From assembly GCA_965116885.1 (NCBI GenBank), contig OZ220741.1, positions 3,136,001 to 3,200,000 of the forward strand: a stretch of DNA of 64,000 nucleotides, in the 5' to 3' direction. Positions 55,960 to 64,000 of this stretch are shown here, piece after piece. The notes under the pieces were generated by a model. It made no database searches. It was given only the letters and a program-made list of their open reading frames with translations, and was not told where the DNA came from. The stretch is from Candidatus Latescibacterota bacterium (lineage in GTDB: Bacteria > Latescibacterota > UBA2968). The translations under genes and the position numbers were made by a program. Every line of letters begins with the position of its first letter. The first letter of the stretch is position 1.

Positions 55960-57000
55960 TTAGGGTAAAAACACGACACCCAGTGCAGCGTTGGGATTCT
56001 GGATGAGTTCTTCACATGCTTCGGGTGCGTCATCTAATGCAACCCGATGGGTGATGAGGGGGGCTACTTTTAAGTGTCCGGTATCCATGAAGCGTAAGCA
56101 TTCCTCCAGGTTTCGCTTCGTTGTCCACTGCATAAAAACGGGGGGATAATCCGCACCGTGTTCCCATTCTTCGTCGTGATAGCCCGGTCCCGTGCGTGCG
56201 GCACTGCGGACATCCAGATTGCCCAGCGCGGATGCAAAGCCGTGTTCTATCCGGGCACCGCCCACAATGACAATGCGCCCCATAAGGTGCGTGTCGGGTG
56301 CTTTTTTGATCATTTTGCTAAGCGTGATAAAAGCCGGCGTGCCATCGCCACCAAAGGCAATTACACCACCATCAATCCCATATCCGCGTGCAAAAGTCTG
56401 CGATACTTCTACCGGGTCTTCCTCTGTGATATTGACCTCGCGCAGTAAGCCACAGGTTGCGGCTTTTTTAAGACGCATGGGCAATTGGTCCAGGCCCATT
56501 ACATAACATCCCGAAATGCGCGCCCACTGGCAGGTGAATTGTCCCACAAGTCCCAGGCCTGCCACGGCAATGTGTTCACTGAGTTGAAATGCGCCGCGCC
56601 GCACGGCATTTAAGGCGGTTGCGACCAGATGAATAGACGAGGCGTCTTCATCGCTGACGCCATCGGGAATGGGTACTGCCATATTGCGCGGTACACAGGC
56701 ATGGGTCGCATGTTGGGCATATCCGCCCCCCATACAGGCTACGCGCGTTCCAAGCGGTATGTCTTCACATCCCGCGCCTTGCGCCACGACCACGCCGGCA
56801 TTGGAATACCCAAACGGGCGAGGTGCGGCATCCGATGGGTTTTCTCGCCGCCTTTTCACCCCACCCAACTCCGTACCAGGGCTGACCATGCTCGCCGTGA
56901 CTTCTATTTGAACCTGGCCTGGCTTTGGGGCTGCAATGGGTTCTTCGATGATCGAAATTCCGCCTTGACCGTCAATTGCCGCTACTTTTCGCATTGCCAT
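55960..57000 (-). CDS. Zinc-type alcohol dehydrogenase-like (MDR) protein
   Basis: SPGTE, FGYSNAG, GLGLVG, GPGYHD, LITH. Confidence 0.85.
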   Translation of the reverse strand: MAMRKVAAIDGQGGISIIEEPIAAPKPGQVQIEVTASMVSPGTELGGVKRRRENPSDAAPRPFGYSNAGVVVAQGAGCEDIPLGTRVACMGGGYAQHATHACVPRNMAVPIPDGVSDEDASSIHLVATALNAVRRGAFQLSEHIAVAGLGLVGQFTCQWARISGCYVMGLDQLPMRLKKAATCGLLREVNITEEDPVEVSQTFARGYGIDGGVIAFGGDGTPAFITLSKMIKKAPDTHLMGRIVIVGGARIEHGFASALGNLDVRSAARTGPGYHDEEWEHGADYPPVFMQWTTKRNLEECLRFMDTGHLKVAPLITHRVALDDAPEACEELIQNPNAALGVVFLP

Positions 57001-57008
57001 TCGTGTCC

Positions 57009-57800
57009 TCACATTGCCACAATTTGTTTCATGCGTTTTGCCATCTCAATTTGTATGTCTCGATCGCCACCTACTTCGTGGATGACATATCGGTCATAGC
57101 CAATATCCCGCAATCCTTTCATGACTTCTGCCCAATCTGTATCTCCATCCATCAGGGGGACAAAATCGCGTTGCTGACGAACAAAGTCCTTAAAATGTAC
57201 CCGTTTAATGCGGTGTTGAAGCCCGCGAATCCAGTGCTCTGGATAGCCGTAAAACATCATATTGGCTGTATCGAGATAAATGCCGACCCAATCGTTGCCC
57301 ACGGCATCGACAAACTCGCGCGCTTCTTTCGGGTTGAGTAAGAACTTATTCCACACATTCTCTATGCCAACTGCAACGCCTTTTTCCTCGGCATAAGGGA
57401 CGATTTCTTTCATCGAGACCAGAAAATCATCCCAGGCGTCTTCATAGGTGCCATCAACCGGGAGCTGGCCCGGATGGAGTAAGACCGCGTCGGTTTCGAC
57501 CAGATGCGCCACATCAATGGCGCGGCGCAAGCTCTTCATGCCAGCTTCGCGCTCTGCCGGATCGCGGCTGAGAAAATTGCCCCGATTATCATATCTGGCA
57601 ATCGCACTGCTGATTTCAATGCCCGCGTTGTCACACCGCGTTTTGACACCGCGGACCTCGTCGTCACTCATATCTACATTAGGATCGCCTTCTGGTGAAA
57701 ATACCAGTTCGAGTGCTTCGTAACCCGCATCGCGGCACAATTGCAATGTTTCATCCAGTGTCAGCTTTCCCAGGATAATTTGTGTCACTCCTATTTTCAT
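57009..57800 (-). CDS. Sugar phosphate isomerase/epimerase
   Basis: IENVWNKFL, DTAN, VHFKD, HE. Confidence 0.88.
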   Translation of the reverse strand: MKIGVTQIILGKLTLDETLQLCRDAGYEALELVFSPEGDPNVDMSDDEVRGVKTRCDNAGIEISSAIARYDNRGNFLSRDPAEREAGMKSLRRAIDVAHLVETDAVLLHPGQLPVDGTYEDAWDDFLVSMKEIVPYAEEKGVAVGIENVWNKFLLNPKEAREFVDAVGNDWVGIYLDTANMMFYGYPEHWIRGLQHRIKRVHFKDFVRQQRDFVPLMDGDTDWAEVMKGLRDIGYDRYVIHEVGGDRDIQIEMAKRMKQIVAM

Positions 57801-57812
57801 CGCGTGTCTCCA

Positions 57813-59492
57813 CTAGATTGGGTTGTGTGTTTCGGGGGTATTTGCGCCTCTGTTTTGCAACTCTTCGGCGATTTCTTCCATCAGAACAGCCAGTTCAAGG
57901 ACATTTTCGCTCGTGACTGAGCCAAGAAATACACCTGTGTCTCCATCTGTGATTGGGATTACGGACAACGAATGATCCGTCATGCGCTTGAGCACGTCTT
58001 CAATTGGCTCATCGGGCTGAGCCTGCGGCAAATCTGTGCGCAACACAGTGCCCAGGCTCAGGTTTGCCCGCAAACGCGAGGACATTGCCTGCAGGCGGGG
58101 AAGCGAGACGATCCCTACAACCTCGCCGCGATCAACCACGAGATAATCCCGTTGATTTGGCACGGGCCAATCATTAATAAAATCCTCTGCCGAGAGCGTA
58201 GAATTGGGATATGTGCGCGTGCTGTCCATGACGTGGTTGACGGTAATATCCTGCATTGCGCGGCGGGCAAAAGAAAGCGGTACAGATTTCGGTAGCTTAG
58301 GTTGGTGCGTTTTCTTGGCTTTGTTGATCGCCAAGTTGATTGCTTGCGGCATCAGCATAATATAGCCGAACATCATGAGCACGAATAGCGAAAAGACATC
58401 CTTGCCGATTACGCCGTTCTCGAAGAGGACGAGGAGGAGGGCGATTTCCGCCACGCCCTTTGCCATCAATCCCGTGGCCTGGGCAAAGGGATTGTCCAGA
58501 CGCGCCATATAGGTACCGATAACGGCACCGGCGAATTTGCCCAGAGACGGGAACACGACCAACGTCGCGATGGTCGCGATTGGCAAGGTCAGAAAAGAAA
58601 GATCCAGGTGCAAACCGGCCGAAGCGAAAAAGAGCGGGACAAACAAGCCCTCTGCCGCGCTTCGCAAACCGGGCAGGACGTCTTCGTGGACCTGACGGGG
58701 CATACTCGACAGGGCCGTGCCGAAAAGCAGCGCTCCAATGGAGCCGTGCAGGTGGAGATGTTCGGCACCCACTACCATTAAGAAAAGGCTGCCGATCAGC
58801 AGCCCAAACGACAGTTCGGGTACATTTAAGACCTTCTGCAAGAAGACAATCGCATGGGGCAGTAGTCGCGCCGATATGAACCAGGCCACCACTGCAAAAC
58901 TCGTCATTTGTATCAGCAGCAAGAGCACGCTGGCAACACTCAGTTCGTATTCGTGCGTGCCAATTTCGCTGATGGAGAACCCGACCACGAGGAGGGCGAT
59001 CAATTCGGCGATGATGACTGTGGTGAATATCTCGAGGCCGATAGGTTCTTTGAAATGTCCTTTGTCGGCGAACACCTTTGCCACAAGCCCCAGGCTGGAC
59101 AGCGAGAGAATGCCAGCCAGTGCCAGTGCCTCTGTGAAATTGAGGTTGAGGGCAAAGCTGATGTTGAATAGGTTTGATGTGAACACCAAAGCGACGATGA
59201 GTGAGATGAGCACCGACACGGTGGCCGCGACAAAGAACCGTCCGCGAATCGTTGCCACAAAACTGGGGATGTCGATTTCATCGAGGCCGACTAAAAAGAA
59301 GAAGACGAAGATGCCGATGCCCAAGAACGTCTGGAGTTCTGGCGTTGGTTCGACGATATTTGTGATGGGGCCGAGCAAGGTGCCCGTGATTGTATAGGCG
59401 ACGATTGAATTTAAGCCAAAACGGTTAAACAGACCCTCGAAAATTTTGCATACGACAATGAGCAGGCCAAGGGGTAGCAGGGCGTCAATCAT
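57813..59492 (-). CDS. Cation:proton antiporter (CPA2-like) with C-terminal CBS pair
   Basis: Many TM helices, FVPLFFASAG, C-terminal CBS-like GEVVGIVS and FLGSVT segments. Confidence 0.85.
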   Translation of the reverse strand: MIDALLPLGLLIVVCKIFEGLFNRFGLNSIVAYTITGTLLGPITNIVEPTPELQTFLGIGIFVFFFLVGLDEIDIPSFVATIRGRFFVAATVSVLISLIVALVFTSNLFNISFALNLNFTEALALAGILSLSSLGLVAKVFADKGHFKEPIGLEIFTTVIIAELIALLVVGFSISEIGTHEYELSVASVLLLLIQMTSFAVVAWFISARLLPHAIVFLQKVLNVPELSFGLLIGSLFLMVVGAEHLHLHGSIGALLFGTALSSMPRQVHEDVLPGLRSAAEGLFVPLFFASAGLHLDLSFLTLPIATIATLVVFPSLGKFAGAVIGTYMARLDNPFAQATGLMAKGVAEIALLLVLFENGVIGKDVFSLFVLMMFGYIMLMPQAINLAINKAKKTHQPKLPKSVPLSFARRAMQDITVNHVMDSTRTYPNSTLSAEDFINDWPVPNQRDYLVVDRGEVVGIVSLPRLQAMSSRLRANLSLGTVLRTDLPQAQPDEPIEDVLKRMTDHSLSVIPITDGDTGVFLGSVTSENVLELAVLMEEIAEELQNRGANTPETHNPI

Positions 59493-59724
59493 AGGCAGGG
59501 TCTCATCAATTGTTGGAGATTTAACCAGTCAAGGTGGGATGAATTATACTCGTATTTGATATGAAAAATAAATCGCCTATTAAAAAAAGCAAGCCTTTCT
59601 CGCGCCCTTGCCCAGCGTTTATATAATGCTTGACAAGGTACATTTTTTTCGCTATCACATCGTCTTGTTCACGCTGTTCGCAAACCGCCATCACATACAA
59701 CACAGTATCTCTGGAGATTGCGCT

Positions 59725-61035
59725 ATGAAGCATATATGTATTCTATTTGGCCTGATATTTCTCGTTGTGGGCTGTAAACCCGCTGAGTCGCCGACACCTG
59801 TGGAGCGCTCTATCACAATATGGTGGGCGCAGTGGGATCCCGCGGATGGGCTTCAGGAATTGGGCAATAAATTCGAACAGGAAACGGGTATTGCCGTTAA
59901 GGTCCACCAGATTCCCTGGCCGTCTTATCAGGATCAGGTCTTTCTCAATTTTGGCAATAATAAAACGGATTTTGACATTGTGATTGGCGATAGTCAGTGG
60001 ATTGGACGAGGCGCGACGCGCGGTCTTTACGTCGATCTGACCGACTGGTTGCCCACGGCAATTGATATAGACAAAATTCATCCCCGCGCCGCGCGTTATT
60101 TGTGTGAGTATCCGCCCGGTGGTGGCAAATTTTATGCTGCCCCATGCGAGACCGATGCCGTCGGATTTGTCTATCGCAAGGATTGGTTTGAAGACCCTGC
60201 TGAGCAAGCGGCATTTAAAGAAAAATACGGGCGGGATCTGACGATTCCCGACAATTGGGATGAATTCCGCGATCTGGCTGAATTTTTCCATCGTCCCGAT
60301 CAGAAACAATACGGCTGCGCTTTGCTCACAGGCCGAGGGTATGATTCGATGACGATGGGTTTTCAGATGTTTATGTGGGGTTTTGGAGGCTCGTGGGGTG
60401 AGTTTGGCGAGTTTGCGGTGGATGGGTATGTCAATAAACCGGAAGTGGCAGAAGCCCTTGCGTATCTGAAAGAGTTGCTACAATACGGTCCCAATGGCGC
60501 GACAAATTTCGACTATGGCAAAACCTTCGAGGCATTTATCAATGGTTCGACGGCTATGAGCATGAATTATTTCGCCTTTTATCCCGGTATTGTGAAACAG
60601 ATGGGGGACAAGGCGGGGTTTTTTATGGTGCCCAAAGCTGGCGACAAGCGCGTGGTGAGTCTGGGGGGGCAGGGGTTCAGTATTTCGACCAAAACATCCG
60701 CAGAGCAACAAGAACTGGCCAAGCAATTCATCGCGTGGTTCTTGCAAACGGATATTCAAAAAGAATGGATTACCAAAGATGCCGGATTTACCGCCAATAC
60801 GGATATTCTCAATAGCGAAGAATTTCGAAACGCATCTCCGTACAACCGCGCTTTTGCAGAGTCGCTCGATTATCTTCAGGATTTTTGGAATGCGCCTGTC
60901 TATAACGAGTTGCTCGCGGTTTCACAGCGCTATTTGGGCGAAGCGATTGACGGGGTTACGCCAGCGCAGGAAGCCCTTGACAAAATCGCTGCCGAACACG
61001 AGCAGATTTTCAAAGATGCCGGTTTGTTGAAGTAA
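59725..61035 (+). CDS. Sugar ABC transporter substrate-binding lipoprotein
   Basis: Lipobox LVVGC; WWAQWDPA, DSQW, YRKDWF, LGGQG. Confidence 0.9.
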   Translation: MKHICILFGLIFLVVGCKPAESPTPVERSITIWWAQWDPADGLQELGNKFEQETGIAVKVHQIPWPSYQDQVFLNFGNNKTDFDIVIGDSQWIGRGATRGLYVDLTDWLPTAIDIDKIHPRAARYLCEYPPGGGKFYAAPCETDAVGFVYRKDWFEDPAEQAAFKEKYGRDLTIPDNWDEFRDLAEFFHRPDQKQYGCALLTGRGYDSMTMGFQMFMWGFGGSWGEFGEFAVDGYVNKPEVAEALAYLKELLQYGPNGATNFDYGKTFEAFINGSTAMSMNYFAFYPGIVKQMGDKAGFFMVPKAGDKRVVSLGGQGFSISTKTSAEQQELAKQFIAWFLQTDIQKEWITKDAGFTANTDILNSEEFRNASPYNRAFAESLDYLQDFWNAPVYNELLAVSQRYLGEAIDGVTPAQEALDKIAAEHEQIFKDAGLLK

Positions 61036-61064
61036 TCATAACTCAAAAAGGAAAGTACAATTCT

Positions 61065-62099
61065 ATGTCCTCTTTCAAAACGCCTGAAGACATCAAGGTG
61101 GGTGTTATCGGCTACGGCGGCGCATTCAATATGGGCCGTCAGCATCTCACATTTATGAAAAAGGCGGGTATGACGCCTGTTGCGGTTGCAGAACTCGACG
61201 AAAAGCGCTTGAAAGTCGCGCGCGAAGAATTTCCCGGTATTGAGACCTATACTTCTGTGTCTGCTATGCTGGACAAATCCGGTGTCAATCTCGTTGTGAT
61301 CATCACCCCACACAATACCCATGCCGAACTGGCATTGCAATGCCTGCGCGCAGGGCGCCATGTCATCAGCGAAAAACCGCTGGCGATCACGACTGAGGAA
61401 TGCGATGCGATGATCCGTGAAGCCGCAAAGCAAAACCTGCTTCTTTCTACTTATCACAATCGCCATTGGGATGGGTGTATCCTGAATGCCCTTGAACAAA
61501 TTCACTCGCGCAAGGTTATTGGCGAGGTCTATCGCATTGAAGCCCATATGGGTGGATATAATCGACCGGGCGACTGGTGGCGCAGTAGCAAGAGCATTTC
61601 TGGGGGTATCCTCTACGATTGGGGTGTTCATCTGCTCGAATACTCGCTTCAGATTCTGCAATCTGATATTGTGGAGGTCACCGGGTTCGCGCACACCGGT
61701 TTCTGGGCTGATGAGACCCCCTGGCAGGCGGATACCAATGAAGACGAGGCCACGGCTATTGTGCGTTTCAAAAACGGGACATGGATCAATCTCACGATGT
61801 CGAGTATCGCATCTGCACCCCGCAAGGGCTGGCTCGAGATTACCGGTACGGCCGGTACTTATATTTTTGATGGTGGGACGTACGAAATTTTGCAGATGAA
61901 AGATGGGGAAAAGGTTGTCTCCTCTGGTAAGAATCCCGGTCACCAATACGATAAATACTACGATAATATTGCCGCGCATCTCTCGACGGGTGAAGACCTG
62001 ATTATCACGCCCGAATGGTCTCGCCGCCCTATTCACATCCTGGACCTTGCCTGCAAAAGCGCGGCGATGGGACAAACGCTCCGGGCGAAGTACGCATGA
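61065..62099 (+). CDS. Gfo/Idh/MocA family oxidoreductase
   Basis: IGYGGAFNMG, SEKP, HNRHWD, GGILYDWGVH. Confidence 0.92.
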   Translation: MSSFKTPEDIKVGVIGYGGAFNMGRQHLTFMKKAGMTPVAVAELDEKRLKVAREEFPGIETYTSVSAMLDKSGVNLVVIITPHNTHAELALQCLRAGRHVISEKPLAITTEECDAMIREAAKQNLLLSTYHNRHWDGCILNALEQIHSRKVIGEVYRIEAHMGGYNRPGDWWRSSKSISGGILYDWGVHLLEYSLQILQSDIVEVTGFAHTGFWADETPWQADTNEDEATAIVRFKNGTWINLTMSSIASAPRKGWLEITGTAGTYIFDGGTYEILQMKDGEKVVSSGKNPGHQYDKYYDNIAAHLSTGEDLIITPEWSRRPIHILDLACKSAAMGQTLRAKYA

Positions 62100-62159
62100 T
62101 ATGTGCAGCCTGATCTGTAGATAGACCCGACTTTTTTAGTTTGGAAGAAAGGCGCCAAA

Positions 62160-62408
62160 ATGGATAAGACGTTTTCTTATTTAGAGATGCTGTCGCGAGA
62201 AACGGATAAGTCCGAGTCTGAGGTAATGACCATAGCGTTTCAGAAGGGGGTTCAGCAAATGTGGCGGGAACGCATCTTGGGACGCTATTTGCAAAAACAG
62301 ATCACTCGCGATGAGGCCATAGAAACCGTGGGTGTGGATTGGGTGGAATTAGCAGAGCGCCAGCACGAGGCGATGATGGAGGATATCGCGTGGGCCTTGG
62401 AAAAGTAG
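62160..62408 (+). CDS. Putative antitoxin (UPF0175-like small protein)
   Basis: 82 aa, overlapping the downstream PIN gene; YLQKQITRDEAIE helix motif. Confidence 0.65.
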   Translation: MDKTFSYLEMLSRETDKSESEVMTIAFQKGVQQMWRERILGRYLQKQITRDEAIETVGVDWVELAERQHEAMMEDIAWALEK

Positions 62409-62890
62409 AACGTGCTGTTGCTGATGCGGGTCCTCTGATTCACCTTTACGAGGTGGGGCATACCAATCTACTAAACTTATTTGATATGCTTTACATACCT
62501 GATGCTGTGTGGGCAGAAAGTGTTGGCAAAAGCAGAATTCCTCCCCTATCTCTCGCTAATGTACAACGTCACACTGTTGCAGGTATCGATATCGAGCACT
62601 TTGTGCAGAAGCATTCGCTGAGCAATTTACATGCAGGTGAGCGAGAAAGCCTTTTTCTTTGCCAACAGTTAGCGGTTCCCCTTCTACTGACAGACGACCT
62701 GGCCGTTCGGGATGCGGCCAAGCGATTACAAATACGTCCCGTAGGCTCATTAGGCATTGTCGTCAGAGGATATAGAGAAGGCCATCTGACACGTTCTGAA
62801 GCTGAGCAAACCCTCGTGGCACTACATGAGGAGAGTAGCTTGTTCGTGACCCAAACCATCGTGGAGATTGCCATCGGGCAGTTGGTCTAA
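62390..62890 (+). CDS. PIN domain protein (DUF3368 / VapC-like toxin)
   Basis: VADAGPLIHL, PDAVWAE, LHAGE, LLTDDLAVR, GSLGI; GTG start with GGAGG RBS. Confidence 0.85.
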   Translation: MGLGKVERAVADAGPLIHLYEVGHTNLLNLFDMLYIPDAVWAESVGKSRIPPLSLANVQRHTVAGIDIEHFVQKHSLSNLHAGERESLFLCQQLAVPLLLTDDLAVRDAAKRLQIRPVGSLGIVVRGYREGHLTRSEAEQTLVALHEESSLFVTQTIVEIAIGQLV

Positions 62891-63001
62891 TTGATTCGAT
62901 ATGGTCAATCAAGCCAATCCGTAGAGTATATTGTAAATCGCGAAAAAATAAAAACGGCCCATGTTTCTCAACACAGGCCGATTTCGTTTTTTATTACTGG
63001 A

Positions 63002-63724
63002 CTAAATGCCCATCCGCTTTGGGAATACTGTTACCCCCCAATTCACATACCGATCTCGTTCCTCAGGTGTCTCGGCGCTCATACCTACTTTTACAGGTGT
63101 GTCTTTTACCTGGTCGAGTACGTGTTTTACGCAGTCTTCCACCGTTCGATATGGAAATTGGGGGTGCGCCTCAATGCTGAACAGCAGATCGTTTGGTCCA
63201 AAGTTCAATACATCCACCCCTGGCTTAGCTAACTGCGCGGCGTTGATTACGGCTTCGACAGATTCAATTTGAATTGCCAGCCATCCGTACGCATTCCACC
63301 AGGGAGCGTATTCCAACCGGTCTGGCCGCTCGTCCAGTCCAACCCGATGTACGCCACCCCAACTGCGCTTGCCCATTTGGGGATAATAAAAGGCGTTCAC
63401 GGCTTCATCTACAATCGACTCACTTTCTACTTCAGGCACCATAATTCCCGAAGGTCCCAAATCGAGATAATTGCCGATCAGATAGGCGTGGCGGGTGTGC
63501 TTAATCCGGATCTGAACGGGTAAATTCAATTCCCGGGCCATTATGCAGAAAGCTACCAGTTGGGCTTCGTTAAAAGGCCCGTGTTGTGCATCTACATTTA
63601 GATAGTCACATTCGTGTTTTGACAGAATATCTGTTAGCTCACCTTTTTCAATATCCATTGGCACGCCAATAGAGTTTACAATTTCACCATTCCGAATCCG
63701 CTGTTTTAGAGTTTGTTTCGACAT
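63002..63724 (-). CDS. HpcH/HpaI aldolase family protein
   Basis: VDAQHGP, LDLGPSGIMVP, YYPQMGKRS, QIES, FGPNDL. Confidence 0.88.
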   Translation of the reverse strand: MSKQTLKQRIRNGEIVNSIGVPMDIEKGELTDILSKHECDYLNVDAQHGPFNEAQLVAFCIMARELNLPVQIRIKHTRHAYLIGNYLDLGPSGIMVPEVESESIVDEAVNAFYYPQMGKRSWGGVHRVGLDERPDRLEYAPWWNAYGWLAIQIESVEAVINAAQLAKPGVDVLNFGPNDLLFSIEAHPQFPYRTVEDCVKHVLDQVKDTPVKVGMSAETPEERDRYVNWGVTVFPKRMGI

Positions 63725-63738
63725 GACACACCTCGCGT

Positions 63739-64000
63739 TTAGTCCAGGTTGTAGAGTTCCCGGGCATTCTCTCCCATAATTTGTTTTTTAACGTCTTGAT
63801 CCGATACATGGCTCAGTGCCTGGTCGGGCGAATCAAAGTCCCAGTGCGGATAATCGGTCGCAAACATCAGTTTATTGTCCATGTCCATGTGCGCCAGCAT
63901 CTGCTCGAAATACGCCGGGTCTGAAGGTTCTTCTACGGGCTGTGTGGTCAGATAGAAATGATCCCGGATATATTCTGAGGGCAGGCGCTTTAAATAGGGC
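63739..64000 (-). CDS. Amidohydrolase_2 family protein (C-terminal fragment; start lies outside the window)
   Basis: Manual translation: PYLKRLPSEYIRDHFYLTTQPVEEP..MFATDYPHWDFD..GENARELYNLD*. Confidence 0.85.
   Translation of the reverse strand, partial: PYLKRLPSEYIRDHFYLTTQPVEEPSDPAYFEQMLAHMDMDNKLMFATDYPHWDFDSPDQALSHVSDQDVKKQIMGENARELYNLD

Noticed and set aside
60930..62075. Long antisense ORFs (this 381-aa one, also 17887-18876, 21266-22201 and 16166-17029)
   Set aside because: They are shadows of well-supported genes on the opposite strand and have no recognisable motifs.

Overview
Gene-dense bacterial chromosomal window of about 50 CDS. I found no rRNA, tRNA, CRISPR array or integrase. 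Most genes are catabolic or housekeeping: four Cys-type sulfatases, four Gfo/Idh/MocA oxidoreductases, sugar-phosphate isomerases, dipeptidases, nadA, prs, hisI, mraY, manC and trmY. That mix, plus a dockerin/EF-hand secreted protein, suggests an uncultured diderm such as Latescibacterota or relatives (inference only). The main candidate novel system is an accessory block at about 19.3-33.2 kb. It has two convergent operons, each headed by a paralogous cytoplasmic MpaB/Lcp-family (DUF2236) heme oxygenase. One operon continues with an MMPL + LolA-like + outer-membrane-barrel lipid transport module. The other continues with MFP + RND + an atypical cytochrome P450 whose I-helix Thr is replaced by Pro, with no redox partner nearby. 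The second operon is bracketed by a direct repeat of a sulfatase 3' end plus terminator. Just upstream of the block is a probable selenoprotein peroxiredoxin-like gene (in-frame TGA, UxxS, SECIS-like hairpin) that the ORF track splits in two. Other highlights are a His-codon leader peptide/attenuator on a stand-alone hisI, a sigma54 promoter with tandem activator sites, a duplicated purple acid phosphatase with active-site substitutions, and a Tat-like, tailspike-like beta-helix protein. All calls come from reading the sequence; no database searches were run.
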